The notes under the pieces were generated by a model. It made no database searches. It was not told the DNA's origin and worked only from the letters and a program-made list of their open reading frames with translations. Positions 1-10,595 of a stretch of DNA of 64,000 nt are shown piece after piece. The position numbers and the translations under genes are program-made. How positions within the stretch are numbered: position 1 is the stretch's first letter; each line of letters opens with the position of its first letter. Source of the stretch: a virus (taxonomy: Duplodnaviria; Caudoviricetes); IMG/VR virus record IMGVR_UViG_3300029314_000064, positions 1 through 64,000 of that record; one strand, written 5' to 3'.

Positions 1-800
1 TTTTCAGACTTCTTAGGAGCAGACTCAAGGTGCTTCTCAAAATCCTTGGCCCACTTCTTGACCATCTCAACACCTTCGGCCTGAGACTTCTTGGAAGCAG
101 AAACAAGAAGAATCAAATTACCAGACTTCTTCTCGCTTGAAACCTCCACATGCTCTGCATCCTTAAAGCCCTTGTAGCCAACTGAACGGTTCAAGAACAC
201 GCCAGTGGTTTCTTCGCTACAATTCACCTTAGGAAAACAAAACATAATCTTGCCATTTGACTTATTCTTAAAATTGGTTACAGAGTTCTTCTGCTGAGCT
301 TCACCCAAAGAAGAAACACCGTCGTATAGAGACTTAAAAGCATTGTGAACATGCGTGCCGCTAATGGCATCCTTGTTCTCCTTTGCCTTCTTCTTTGGCT
401 TTTCTTCATCAGACTTCTTCTCAGACTTACTAGAAACCTTAACAATCTTCTTATCATCTCCCTTAACTTCTTCGGAAGACTTCTTCTTCAACTTCTTCTC
501 TTCAGTCTTTTCTTTGGTTTTCATTTCTACAATCTCCGTTTGTTTTGTTAACTCTTTTAACTTCACAACAGCCTGGGAAACATCCGCTCTTCGTGCTAAT
601 AACTTTTTACCAGAAGTAATACTTTCCTTAAAGACAGGATGGATATTTAATGATTCGCTTTTCATTTTTTCTGTCGTTAAGGAACACTCTAACTTTAGTC
701 CACACTTTTGGCAAGTGTTAATTTCATTCTTATCATAATTTCCATAACAGTCTATGTCTTGTTCGTCACCCATTAACTCGACCTTGTATTTTTTATTCAT
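1..800 (-). CDS. Hypothetical protein, partial (runs off the left edge); N-terminal Cys cluster and Lys/Glu-rich middle
   Basis: Not in the ORF track. Hand translation from ATG 800 (GAAGGTGA SD-like upstream) gives MNKKYKVELMGDEQDIDCYGNYDKNEINTCQKCGLKLEC...KKSEK with no stop before the window edge. Confidence 0.8.
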   Translation of the reverse strand, partial: MNKKYKVELMGDEQDIDCYGNYDKNEINTCQKCGLKLECSLTTEKMKSESLNIHPVFKESITSGKKLLARRADVSQAVVKLKELTKQTEIVEMKTKEKTEEKKLKKKSSEEVKGDDKKIVKVSSKSEKKSDEEKPKKKAKENKDAISGTHVHNAFKSLYDGVSSLGEAQQKNSVTNFKNKSNGKIMFCFPKVNCSEETTGVFLNRSVGYKGFKDAEHVEVSSEKKSGNLILLVSASKKSQAEGVEMVKKWAKDFEKHLESAPKKSE

Positions 801-816
801 GCATCACCTTCACTTT

Positions 817-1881
817 TCACCAATTATACCCTATGACTTTGCGCCCTGCATCAAAAATAACGCGTGTTTGAACAAAAAGTTTTCGTTTTGCAAAGGATTT
901 CAAAAATACTGACTCGCTGACATCATCTGGATCAATACCGTCGGGTAGTCTCATGACAGAGATGTCTCCATCGTATACATCTAAAAGTCTTATGGAATTC
1001 TTTAAGGCTGAAATGACCTCTTTTGATCCACCGTCAAGACAAAAGCATATTTCTTCAGCTTTCGTCTTTGATAAGAAGTACGCCTGTGTTTGGCTTAAAT
1101 TTTTCCCAAACAGAGCGACAGGATAAAACCCCCTACTCATAACCCTCAACGAATCAAATATTCCTTCATTCACAATAATCAAATTATTATTTTTAGAATA
1201 TTCATAAAGATATAAAAGACTATGCATAATAGTACCAGGAGGGTTAACAGTCTTCGGATATGGCTCTCCTAATCTGTTCACAGCCCCTGGATTAAATAAA
1301 TACGCTTGCCAGCCCTGCACACCATAGGTTTGCACAGGAAATATAGCTCTATCGTGAAAAATAAAATCTTTTTGCTCTGTTGATTTACAATATCTTACAT
1401 CTAATAAATCCAATAATTCTTCAGGATAAGATCGTACTTTAGTAAACCATTCTATTAGTTTTTTTGGTAATTCTCTTACTGATTTCTTAGGCAATTCAAC
1501 AGACATATTAGAAGAAAAAGAATCTAGTAAATCATCTATAGATATTACAACTTTATCTTTATTCCTTAATATATCAAGTAAATCTTTTGTCTTAAGAGAT
1601 CTATCTCCATTTAAAAAATTTAATGTTTTTATTAGATCATACTTTTTAAAATTCATTATAAATGTCAAAACATTATGTCTTGATTCACATCTGAAGCACT
1701 GCCCTAAGCCTTTGTATTTCTGGAAAGTTTTTTTATGAACCCATTCTTTATTCACATCAAACCAGTAGTTAAATCCAGAATCGTCCCCACAAAAAGGACA
1801 ATTAAAAAGAATATTACTACCAGACCTTCTTGTTTCAAATGATTCATTTAAAAACTTTTCCATATCAAATTCACGGCTCAT
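817..1881 (-). CDS. DnaG-type DNA primase (Zn finger + TOPRIM)
   Basis: CPFC...CFRC Zn finger; TOPRIM motifs IIVNEGIFD, FCLDGG, PDGIDPDD; adjacent to the helicase. Confidence 0.88.
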   Translation of the reverse strand: MSREFDMEKFLNESFETRRSGSNILFNCPFCGDDSGFNYWFDVNKEWVHKKTFQKYKGLGQCFRCESRHNVLTFIMNFKKYDLIKTLNFLNGDRSLKTKDLLDILRNKDKVVISIDDLLDSFSSNMSVELPKKSVRELPKKLIEWFTKVRSYPEELLDLLDVRYCKSTEQKDFIFHDRAIFPVQTYGVQGWQAYLFNPGAVNRLGEPYPKTVNPPGTIMHSLLYLYEYSKNNNLIIVNEGIFDSLRVMSRGFYPVALFGKNLSQTQAYFLSKTKAEEICFCLDGGSKEVISALKNSIRLLDVYDGDISVMRLPDGIDPDDVSESVFLKSFAKRKLFVQTRVIFDAGRKVIGYNW

Positions 1882-3466
1882 TTTTCTTTTTCAATACCTT
1901 TTTCTTGATTTTTTTAGGAACATCATTATTGGCTGCATCTCTTAACTTATTCAGAGGATCGTTCGCGTCTTTTTCTCCGCCCTGTATAACTTTAAGACGT
2001 ACGCCCTTTCCAGTTTTTTTGGTTTCAGCAGTATCAATTGAAGTCGGTTCATCGTCTGGCGGTTTTTCCGTAAACCGCATACGTTCAAAGTTCGTCTGAA
2101 TAGTAATGAAACCCGATGGAACATCACCATCTCGATTCTTTACCACAGCTAGGGTTGCTTCTTTATTTGTCTTCTGAGTCTTGTTCTGAGAGAATACCAA
2201 TATCATATCAAGCATTCTAGACTTATCATATGACTCTGATAAATCTTCTGCTAATGGATTATCATCACTAGACATTCTATTCAATTGTGTTGTAACAACC
2301 CCAATAGCTTTTTTCTCTTCAAGAAGGCATTTAAGTTCCCAATAAATAGATGCCTGCTGTAATCTTTTATCTTTATATGAACTATTGACTGACTGCATTA
2401 AATCTGGAGAATCAACAATGAGGAAGTCTGTTTTGTGGCCTTGCATCTCTAGTAGATTTAGAGTCTGACCTATGGAGGCTGCATTAAATTCATTTGGTGA
2501 AAACTTAACAATCATTATCTTATTCTTATGTTTTTCTTTTATCTGCTTATACTTCTTAAAATACGATATTCTATCTTCCTTAGATAGCTTTGCCAACTGA
2601 ATATCATTGTACTTTAATTCAGTAATATGAGAATCATACCTGCCTGTTGTTTGTGTATTTTCATTTTCAGAAGTCACATGGGTAACATTAAATCCCTGAG
2701 TAATTGCTTCCCAACCGAATGTAATGGTTGCTATAGATTTTCCTCTACCTGTCTTTGCTGCAACCGACAACATCATCGGTGCCATTAATCCACCCGGCAA
2801 ACAATTGTGCAAGCTAGGCAAAAAACTCAACAAATATCTTTTATATAGCTTTGGATTCTTTGAAACTTCATATCTTGTATTTTGTCTCTTTTTGTATTCA
2901 GAAAACAAATCAACTATTTCAAACTTTTTCTGATTTGATAATTTAAAGCTATGATTTACTATACTGTTGATTGCTGTAGTTGGATCTTTAAATTCATCCA
3001 ACTGCTTTATTGAACTTTCCATAATTGCTTTAAACTCATGCCTACGAACTGCCCTATCTATAACTTCTAAACTATATTCCTCATTCTGAATATTACGAGA
3101 AAAAAGGTCTTTGATCTTTAGAAAAAATGGTGCTTTTCTATCTATATCTACTTCTTTATCCTGCTCCAGCATATCTTTAAATACTTTAAGCGAAGGAATT
3201 TTTCCGCCATACTTTGGGGTATCCATATATTTTTTCAGGACACCATAAGACCACTGCAAATACGCTCTAGGAAAATGAGTAGGTTTAAGTTGAGTGTTTA
3301 TAACCTTTAAACAATATTCTCTATCACGTAATGCTGCACTTAATACATCTTTAAAAAATTCAACAGACTCTTCACTTATTTTTTCATTCTTAAATTTTTC
3401 AGGCATAGAGAATGAAGTTTTTATCTTCTTCACAGAACTTACTTCTGTTTTTGTGATTTTGGCCAT
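1871..3466 (-). CDS. Replicative DnaB-like (SF4) DNA helicase
   Basis: Walker A AAKTGRGKS, Walker B FLIVDSPDLM, TTQLNR, AVVKNRDG. Confidence 0.88.
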   Translation of the reverse strand: MAKITKTEVSSVKKIKTSFSMPEKFKNEKISEESVEFFKDVLSAALRDREYCLKVINTQLKPTHFPRAYLQWSYGVLKKYMDTPKYGGKIPSLKVFKDMLEQDKEVDIDRKAPFFLKIKDLFSRNIQNEEYSLEVIDRAVRRHEFKAIMESSIKQLDEFKDPTTAINSIVNHSFKLSNQKKFEIVDLFSEYKKRQNTRYEVSKNPKLYKRYLLSFLPSLHNCLPGGLMAPMMLSVAAKTGRGKSIATITFGWEAITQGFNVTHVTSENENTQTTGRYDSHITELKYNDIQLAKLSKEDRISYFKKYKQIKEKHKNKIMIVKFSPNEFNAASIGQTLNLLEMQGHKTDFLIVDSPDLMQSVNSSYKDKRLQQASIYWELKCLLEEKKAIGVVTTQLNRMSSDDNPLAEDLSESYDKSRMLDMILVFSQNKTQKTNKEATLAVVKNRDGDVPSGFITIQTNFERMRFTEKPPDDEPTSIDTAETKKTGKGVRLKVIQGGEKDANDPLNKLRDAANNDVPKKIKKKVLKKKNEP

Positions 3467-4263
3467 TCAACTCTCGTTTTCGTTCTGAATGAAGAATCTG
3501 GATGAAACAATAGAGCTTTGAAATTTTTATTAAAAGCACTCCTGACATGATTCCCGTACGTATCAACAAAATCTTTATAATCAAGATTTGTGATTAATAA
3601 CGTACATGATAAATTGTCTTGTCTAGTTTTTATAAGTTCTTCTAGCTCGCATGTAGCGTACTCATGCTTACCGTGTTCCTTGCCTAATTCATCAACAATA
3701 AGAAATTTAACTTCTCTTATTTGTCTAAGAACAGTCTTATCTTCTTTATCAGAATAAGAAGAATTCAATAAATTCAAATAGTTTTTAAATCTAATATAGT
3801 GGCCTGAGAATCCATTTTTAATAAAGTCGGCGAGCATATAAAGCGCTCCATAAGTTTTCCCAGTTTCGTTATTCCCAGTAAACAAAGAAGAACATGAATT
3901 ATTAATCATAAACAATTTATTATTCAAAAATGGGTACATAAAGTCTTCATTAAATGAAGTTGGCTTATGTGTCACTTCAGGATTTGAAGTATCTATTTCA
4001 ACAATCTTCCTTTTAAATAATTCATTCTGAAAAATATCAAAATGTTGTGGGGGAAAATTAGATTTCAATAGCTCAAGAATAAACTCAAAACTTTTTTTAC
4101 AACTACATTTAACTTCTTTTTCTTTAACTTTTCTAATCCCAGTCCCACCACATCTATCACATTCTCTAGTTATTTTCTCGTAATATTCTACCTTGTGAGC
4201 TATGAGATTATATCTACAATCATCACTTACGTTTGGTAATATATCTCCATTAGCTTTTCTCAT
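3439..4263 (-). CDS. DnaC/IstB-like ATPase (helicase loader)
   Basis: CDRCGGTG...KCSC Zn motif, Walker A TGNNETGKT, Walker B FLIVDELGKE, LLITNL. Confidence 0.85.
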   Translation of the reverse strand: MRKANGDILPNVSDDCRYNLIAHKVEYYEKITRECDRCGGTGIRKVKEKEVKCSCKKSFEFILELLKSNFPPQHFDIFQNELFKRKIVEIDTSNPEVTHKPTSFNEDFMYPFLNNKLFMINNSCSSLFTGNNETGKTYGALYMLADFIKNGFSGHYIRFKNYLNLLNSSYSDKEDKTVLRQIREVKFLIVDELGKEHGKHEYATCELEELIKTRQDNLSCTLLITNLDYKDFVDTYGNHVRSAFNKNFKALLFHPDSSFRTKTRVEWPKSQKQK

Positions 4264-4922
4264 GATGCAAACAACTTTCTTTGGTTTGCAGAATTTTCAA
4301 CTCTCTTACGCTCAGACAAAACAACCTTTGCGCCATTCAAATTAGAAACCTTTCCATTCTTAAATCTAAATATCATCATCTTTATTTTAGATGTATCTTT
4401 AGATGATTTCTCTAAAAACCCAACAAGATTATCTGGTGTTGCCCTATCCCATTCTGACCACTCATCTATCAAAACAACTAAAGCATTTTTCATAATAGAT
4501 ACATCTTCTGTCTGTTTACTAAATAATCTAAAAATACTTTTCAATCTAGAAATATCACTCTCCACAATAACTGGAACATTAGAACCTGCATAAGAGTCGT
4601 ACCTAAAATATATTCTCTTCTTTTTAAAGTTAAACTCTTCAGCAAACATCTCTTTATATATTTCATTAAAAACAATCAGAAAGTTCTTAAACATAATATT
4701 CTTTATCGCCAACTTATTTAATGTCCTCAATTTTATTTCCATCCGTTCTGCTTCTTTTTCCTGAAGCTCTTTGAGGCTCACGACCTTTTCATCAAAATCA
4801 TTCTTTGAAACATATTTAACTCGGCTATGTATTATACGCTTAACTTTTAAGACTTCATCCAGTTTAATGCTAAATTTTTCTCTAGGTTCAGGTAGGTGAT
4901 CTTTTAGGTCCTTCCTTTTCAT
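4260..4922 (-). CDS. Hypothetical protein (position suggests a replication initiator)
   Basis: ORF 4260..5192; probable true start at ATG 4922 (MKRKDLK), which avoids a 300-nt overlap with the SF2 helicase. Sits directly upstream of the DnaC-like loader; no recognisable motif. Confidence 0.55.
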   Translation of the reverse strand: MKRKDLKDHLPEPREKFSIKLDEVLKVKRIIHSRVKYVSKNDFDEKVVSLKELQEKEAERMEIKLRTLNKLAIKNIMFKNFLIVFNEIYKEMFAEEFNFKKKRIYFRYDSYAGSNVPVIVESDISRLKSIFRLFSKQTEDVSIMKNALVVLIDEWSEWDRATPDNLVGFLEKSSKDTSKIKMMIFRFKNGKVSNLNGAKVVLSERKRVENSANQRKLFAS

Positions 4923-6375
4923 AGAGTCTAAATTCTGACTGCTTTGCATAAATTTGTTTTCTGAATTCTGAATGTTTTTCTGTAATTGCATTTGAGGTAT
5001 TGTATGGGTCCCAATAGTATTTGATTTGTTTTTCTCCTGGATCAACATCAATTGAATTTTTGGATTTCGTCTTCCTAAGAACTCTCCCGATTCTTTGGAC
5101 AGTTTTGATTTCTGAAAATCCTTGTCCAAAATTAGCTCCTGCTCCTGTATGAGGTACATCGATTCCTTCATCATAAATACTAGTCCCACCAAGGATTTGT
5201 ATTCTTCTCTCTTTAAAATCTTTTAATGCTGTTCTTCTTACTTCAGTTGTTTCTTTACCAGTCATAAACTTTATATCTTTATAATGAACACCACAGTCTA
5301 TAAGCATCTTATGAATATTTTCGCCAAATTTTACATCTTCTCCTGTAAAATAAATACAGGACACATTAGAATCATACATTTTCTTAATAAATCTAACTCC
5401 TGATTCATTAACAACCTCATTCTCTCTCATGTAATGTTTGCGAACAGCATGCCAATCACTTCCTATGCGTCGCGGTAAACCGATTCCAGAGTGTTTCAAA
5501 TGAGGCATGTATATTTTGGGCTGAGCCAACCAACCATCTTTAATCAGGAACGAGGGAGAGATATCTGAGATGATCTCCCCGGTATAGGCCACCAAGTATA
5601 TATCTTGACTATCTGGATGAAAGCATGTACCCGAAAAGCCAAATCGCACTGACGCATTCTTACATGCGCGTGCGATGTCTTTCCATGACTTAGCACCAAG
5701 GTGGTGAACTTCATCTCCTATAAACATTCTTATTTTATCTAGGAAATGTAAAAATTTAGCCCTGGTCCCAATGGATGGAGAATTAATTCCTTTATTTAAT
5801 GAATTAACAATAGCAACAGTCCACTTGGATGGATTAAATATACCATCCCCAATCATACCAACTGATCTTCCAGTTATTGAGGAAATTTCTGAAGCTATCT
5901 GCTCCATCAATTCTTTTCTATTAACCAGGATGAGCGTTGGTAAATCATACGCAACAAGTAGAAAAATGAATAATACAGTTTTTCCAGCACCTGTTGACCA
6001 ATTGTATAAACCGTGAGATTGCTCTAAGCCTGCAAGCCCACCCTCTATTTGATAATCACGTAATGCCAAACCAAATTCTTCCATTCTTTTTATAATGGAA
6101 TCTACATCTATGTCTACTTTAGTTCTAATATCTCTTATCTTAACCTTATATTCAAGACCTTTTAAGGTATTACAGACTCTTCTGTGTAATCCTGTAGGAA
6201 ATTCATTATTAAAAGAATTATATAAAGAATGCCATTGTTTTGTTTTTCTTCCACCAGCACCGGCAACTTCTTCCAAAAATGAACATGACATTTTAATTTC
6301 ATCTATTGCTTCATCATGTAATCCGCCTACTATTCTAGACATAACATTACCTATTTCTAGAACTACATTAGTCAT
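4888..6375 (-). CDS. Superfamily 2 DNA helicase (UvsW/ResIII-like)
   Basis: LRDYQ, WSTGAGKT, GDEVHH, FSGT, DEGIDVP, QRIGRVLR. Confidence 0.92.
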   Translation of the reverse strand: MTNVVLEIGNVMSRIVGGLHDEAIDEIKMSCSFLEEVAGAGGRKTKQWHSLYNSFNNEFPTGLHRRVCNTLKGLEYKVKIRDIRTKVDIDVDSIIKRMEEFGLALRDYQIEGGLAGLEQSHGLYNWSTGAGKTVLFIFLLVAYDLPTLILVNRKELMEQIASEISSITGRSVGMIGDGIFNPSKWTVAIVNSLNKGINSPSIGTRAKFLHFLDKIRMFIGDEVHHLGAKSWKDIARACKNASVRFGFSGTCFHPDSQDIYLVAYTGEIISDISPSFLIKDGWLAQPKIYMPHLKHSGIGLPRRIGSDWHAVRKHYMRENEVVNESGVRFIKKMYDSNVSCIYFTGEDVKFGENIHKMLIDCGVHYKDIKFMTGKETTEVRRTALKDFKERRIQILGGTSIYDEGIDVPHTGAGANFGQGFSEIKTVQRIGRVLRKTKSKNSIDVDPGEKQIKYYWDPYNTSNAITEKHSEFRKQIYAKQSEFRLYEKEGPKRSPT

Positions 6376-6426
6376 AATTTTTCCTCTCTAAAACTAATAA
6401 TACCACCATGAGGAATACCGAAGCAC

Positions 6427-7575
6427 TCAAATAAAATTCTTATGCTTAGGAACAACACCACCCAGAACTTCATCAGGGTTACGGTCTCTATCCTTAAGAA
6501 ATTGCTTATTTCTAGTCTCATACAAACACATCACATTACATATACTTCTTGGATCATGTGCTCTTAAAAACATTTCATTTTCTTCAGAAAACCACATCTT
6601 CTTAAATGATTGATCCATTATATCACCCACGAGACCACGTGGATTAAATGCCAAAGAGCAGCATGTATAAACTTTTGAATCTCCACCAACAACACACACA
6701 ACTTCTTTAGACATACAAAAATCATAATCTTGTTTTCCTTCAACCATATTCTGAATTCTCTCATCAAACAAATTGAATACCTTAAAATTATCATCTTGAT
6801 ACAAAGCTATTGCTTCATTTGCCGCATCAGATGCCTTCTTAATAACATCAGAAGTATTATTTCCTACTTTACCTAATCCATAATAATTCAAAAACTTTTC
6901 AGTAAATGCAGCAGAGACTCTAACATTATGAGCACCATTTTCTTTTGCCAAACGAATACCTTCTTTTATTCCCAAATAATTATCCCATGTCACCACATAC
7001 CCAACACCAAGAGTAAACTCAGGATGAGAACCATTCTTTCTTAAATTATAAACAGACTTCCATGCTCTTTCCCAGTGTTTTTCTGTAACATTTCTAACTC
7101 TCATATAATCTTCAACTCTACCTGAATCAATTGAAATTCTAGCCCATAATAAATTTGGTGACATAATTTTCATCCACTCTTCTTTAAAATTAGAACCATT
7201 ACTTACAATTCCGATATCAAATCCATTTTCAACCATCTTCGTAACGCCTTCTTCAAAATAAGGATATATTGTTGGCTCTCCACCGCCAGTTATTTCAATT
7301 GCCTTAACACCAATATCCTTGAAATCACTTAATAATTCTAGCATTTTTTCTCTAGAAATAAATTGCCTATCATTAAACATCTCATTATTCTTATTACCAC
7401 TTCTTCTATACGAACAAAATTCACAATCATGATTACAAAGATTCTGCCACATAAGCTGGATAAGTAAAGGAGAAACAACTTTACCGTCGTTCATTTTCTC
7501 AATAACATCTTTATGAGAAAATATCTTCATAGTTGAATAAACGTTCTTTTTTCCTTCATCATTACTTGTCGTCAT
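6427..7575 (-). CDS. Radical SAM protein with SPASM/twitch-like C-terminal domain
   Basis: CxxxCxxC (CNHDCEFC), ITGGGEP, C-terminal cysteines (DFC...VYTCC...ICNVMC). Confidence 0.92.
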   Translation of the reverse strand: MTTSNDEGKKNVYSTMKIFSHKDVIEKMNDGKVVSPLLIQLMWQNLCNHDCEFCSYRRSGNKNNEMFNDRQFISREKMLELLSDFKDIGVKAIEITGGGEPTIYPYFEEGVTKMVENGFDIGIVSNGSNFKEEWMKIMSPNLLWARISIDSGRVEDYMRVRNVTEKHWERAWKSVYNLRKNGSHPEFTLGVGYVVTWDNYLGIKEGIRLAKENGAHNVRVSAAFTEKFLNYYGLGKVGNNTSDVIKKASDAANEAIALYQDDNFKVFNLFDERIQNMVEGKQDYDFCMSKEVVCVVGGDSKVYTCCSLAFNPRGLVGDIMDQSFKKMWFSEENEMFLRAHDPRSICNVMCLYETRNKQFLKDRDRNPDEVLGGVVPKHKNFI

Positions 7576-8415
7576 TTAATACCGCCACATTTGAGATCTC
7601 TCTATTAAGACCTCGGGGTCGCCTAGTTTTATGTTTTTATTTGCTACTAGATGGTTTTGAATTCCATCTTTTTCCTTACTATTTAGATAATTTAAATTCG
7701 GTTCAATAACAGAATATTCCTGATAAGATCTGTCATGAGTTAAATGAACACCAAAAACATTTTTATCAAAAACTAATTCTAAATCAGGACATTTTTCCAT
7801 TCTTTTACCAAAATCCTCATCATCGTATGCGATCGCGCACATGTATTTCTCATCTATACCACCATACTTGATGAACTTGCTTTTCGCCATGACGCCTATG
7901 AAATAAAGCGTTACAGACTTTAACACCTTTTCCCAGTCGCACAGAACCTGTGGTGAATCCATTGTATTCATAATATCAAAATGATTCACAGTATTAAAAA
8001 ATTCTTTCTCTGATTTTTCAATAACTTTTCCGTAAAGAAATTTATCTTTCAATCCTTCGACCATATCTAAATTTTTTAGATTTCCTTTCCATTGTAAAAT
8101 TTCAGGAGATGTCATAATAATAAACTCTCCATCTGCTTCGACCACAGCAACATTCTGTGCTAAAGCAGGATTACAATTTCCTTTATGAAAACCAACTTTA
8201 TGATAAACATATCTTCTTGGATCAATACATAGATATTTAATATTCAATCTTCCTCTAAATTCATTAATAACTCCCTTTATATTATCTTCAGACATATAGT
8301 CAGCAATAACAACTTCAAAATTATCTTTATCGTAATCCATACAATCATAAGACTGTAAGCCTCTTCTTAATAAATCGGCCCTATTCCTAATTGGAAGAAT
8401 ATAAGAATATTTCAA
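7576..8415 (-). CDS. GT-A fold glycosyltransferase (GT2 with GT7C-like C-terminus)
   Basis: YSYILPIRNR, EVVIADYMSED, GGIDEKY...YDDEDFGKR. Confidence 0.85.
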   Translation of the reverse strand: MKYSYILPIRNRADLLRRGLQSYDCMDYDKDNFEVVIADYMSEDNIKGVINEFRGRLNIKYLCIDPRRYVYHKVGFHKGNCNPALAQNVAVVEADGEFIIMTSPEILQWKGNLKNLDMVEGLKDKFLYGKVIEKSEKEFFNTVNHFDIMNTMDSPQVLCDWEKVLKSVTLYFIGVMAKSKFIKYGGIDEKYMCAIAYDDEDFGKRMEKCPDLELVFDKNVFGVHLTHDRSYQEYSVIEPNLNYLNSKEKDGIQNHLVANKNIKLGDPEVLIERSQMWRY

Positions 8416-9221
8416 TAATCAATAACTCCATTCCTAAACTCAGAAGCCCAATTAGGATCAGCATCTCTTAACCGTATACCTCTCTCATTAGTATCTTGAG
8501 AATATTTTTCTTGAGCTTGACTATAAGAAATACCAGTAAGCTCCATATCTCTTCTCATATATCTTTCAGTCTTTTTAACTCTATGATCCCAATCAGCCCA
8601 ACCATAATGAAGACATTTAACTGGAGCCTCAACCTGTTGGCCTAGAGACATTCCATTACCTAGGGCATATCTAAAATGATAGCTATGTAATGGATCACCA
8701 AACAAAACAAGATTATGTATACTGTAGAGTCTAGCGAACCATGAGTTATGCCACGCATCCACTCTGTATTTTTTTCTACCTCTCCAGATATTAATATAAT
8801 GAAATTTAGCATTCAGGTGGGCGTGAGGATCTTGCTGACAAAATTCATGTATCCATTCTGTTGCTTTATCCTCATAAACTTCATCACCATCAACAACAAG
8901 CATCCACTTCATTCCTCTTTCTTTTGCTTTTTCAAATAAAATTTTTCTATCTCTAACATCATCAAAAGGAAGATCAGGATCATTATAGACTATATATTTT
9001 ATCAAAACATCTTTATATCTATCATACACTTCTCTACTTCCATCAGTAGATCCATTATCAACAATATAGACTTCTTCAACTATTGATTTTAATCTCCTGA
9101 TGACCTGTTCAAGCATTGTATACTGAGGTTTAGAACCATCCTCATTAAGAACATACCTATTTTCATTCTTCAACATAAGAATAGCGCAAATATTTTCTCT
9201 TTTATCTGTCACAGAATCCAT
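8412..9221 (-). CDS. GT2-family glycosyltransferase
   Basis: IVDNGSTDGS, WMLVVDGDE, LHYG. Start moved to ATG 9221 (the track gives 9281) to reduce overlap. Confidence 0.85.
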   Translation of the reverse strand: MDSVTDKRENICAILMLKNENRYVLNEDGSKPQYTMLEQVIRRLKSIVEEVYIVDNGSTDGSREVYDRYKDVLIKYIVYNDPDLPFDDVRDRKILFEKAKERGMKWMLVVDGDEVYEDKATEWIHEFCQQDPHAHLNAKFHYINIWRGRKKYRVDAWHNSWFARLYSIHNLVLFGDPLHSYHFRYALGNGMSLGQQVEAPVKCLHYGWADWDHRVKKTERYMRRDMELTGISYSQAQEKYSQDTNERGIRLRDADPNWASEFRNGVIDY

Positions 9222-9967
9222 CCTTTTTCTTTGGCTTGTAAAATCATTTCTGGAATAAGAATATTGTTTCCGAGGCCGCATTTTCCTTGCTTAGATGCTT
9301 GACCATTATGAATTGTTATATTCGCTGTTGCTTCATTCATATAATGTAATTTCCATTTTGTATTCATTATTGCTTGAAAGTTAAACCACAAATCTTGATT
9401 CCATTCAAATTCTTTTCTTAATGGATATTGACCTATTTCTTTTTTAAATTCACGTCTCATAAGAAAAGTACAAGCATTCATAAAGCAATCATTAATCATC
9501 CTTTTAAACATTTCAACTCTAGACTCATTATTAAAAACATTAGCTTCCCACATTTTAGGGAATGGGTGTTCTGTATAATCACAAAACCAATAATTGCTAT
9601 AGATCATGCCAATTGTTTTATCTTTCATAATTTCAACTTGATTTTCTATCTTCTTGAATTTCCATGTATCATCAGAACTTAACTGACAAATAAATTCCCC
9701 ATCACACAAACTGTATCCCATATTAAGAGTATTAGGTATTCCATGATTAGAATTAAATTGAAAATATTTATAATTCACATCACCTACAGTCTTTTGTTTC
9801 TTTATTGAATCTTTCACAACAGAACGTGTATCGTCTGTTGATCCATCATCAACAATAATTATCTGTATATTTTTATATGTTTGAAGAAATATAGAATTTA
9901 AACACTGAACAATCCAATCTTTCCTATTATATGTTGGAACAACAACAGAAACCATTGGCTCATTCAT
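9209..9967 (-). CDS. GT2-family glycosyltransferase
   Basis: VSVVVPTYNR, IIIVDDGSTDDT, LSSDD: canonical GT2 N-terminal motifs. Confidence 0.93.
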   Translation of the reverse strand: MNEPMVSVVVPTYNRKDWIVQCLNSIFLQTYKNIQIIIVDDGSTDDTRSVVKDSIKKQKTVGDVNYKYFQFNSNHGIPNTLNMGYSLCDGEFICQLSSDDTWKFKKIENQVEIMKDKTIGMIYSNYWFCDYTEHPFPKMWEANVFNNESRVEMFKRMINDCFMNACTFLMRREFKKEIGQYPLRKEFEWNQDLWFNFQAIMNTKWKLHYMNEATANITIHNGQASKQGKCGLGNNILIPEMILQAKEKGWIL

Positions 9968-10595
9968 TTGGGCTCCTTACTATACCGTCATATCTAACAA
10001 TTCCAAATGATCCTCCTTCATGCCAGTGTCTTAATTCTATCTTTTCTTGTTTAACTGCATTCCAGACATTTTCCATTCCAGGACTAAATCTAACATCATC
10101 CCACAAAACAATTCCTTTATAACATCTTTCTAATTTTTTATGAAGCATCATTTCAACTTCACCAGAATGATCTATATCTATAAATATTAAATCAAATTTT
10201 TCAAAATCCAAATTTAAAACATCATAATCTCCAGGAACTTTTCTAAATTCTATTCTTGGATGCCTAAAAACAGAAGGAGCAACATTTCTTAAAGTTAAAT
10301 CGACTGTCGTTACTCTATCAGAATATTCAGCCAATGAAACAGCACCAGCACCCACCTGTGTTCCTAGTTCAAGAATATTTTTTCTTCCATACAACTTAAC
10401 AAGAGCAGCCATATTTCTATAATATGGACTTACAACCATCCAGTTAGGTTCTGTAGTTGTATTCCATATTTCATTATATCTAGACTTAATATTATATTCA
10501 AAAGATAATCTTTCTATTGGAACAACTTTAGAAAACTCTTCACAATTTTTAGAAATTTCAACCAAATCACTTTTTTCTAAATCAAAATCACTCAT
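9960..10595 (-). CDS. Class I SAM-dependent methyltransferase (Methyltransf_24-like, probably a sugar O-methyltransferase)
   Basis: ILELGTQVGAGA motif I, FDLIFIDIDH, GIVLWDD. Confidence 0.85.
   Translation of the reverse strand: MSDFDLEKSDLVEISKNCEEFSKVVPIERLSFEYNIKSRYNEIWNTTTEPNWMVVSPYYRNMAALVKLYGRKNILELGTQVGAGAVSLAEYSDRVTTVDLTLRNVAPSVFRHPRIEFRKVPGDYDVLNLDFEKFDLIFIDIDHSGEVEMMLHKKLERCYKGIVLWDDVRFSPGMENVWNAVKQEKIELRHWHEGGSFGIVRYDGIVRSPNE

Noticed and set aside
345-738. Plus-strand ORFs 345..551 and 355..738
   Set aside because: Antisense shadows of the Lys/Glu-rich minus-strand gene starting at 800.
4923-5192. N-terminal 90 aa of track ORF 4260..5192
   Set aside because: Overlaps the conserved C-terminal motifs of the SF2 helicase in another frame; ATG 4922 is more plausible.
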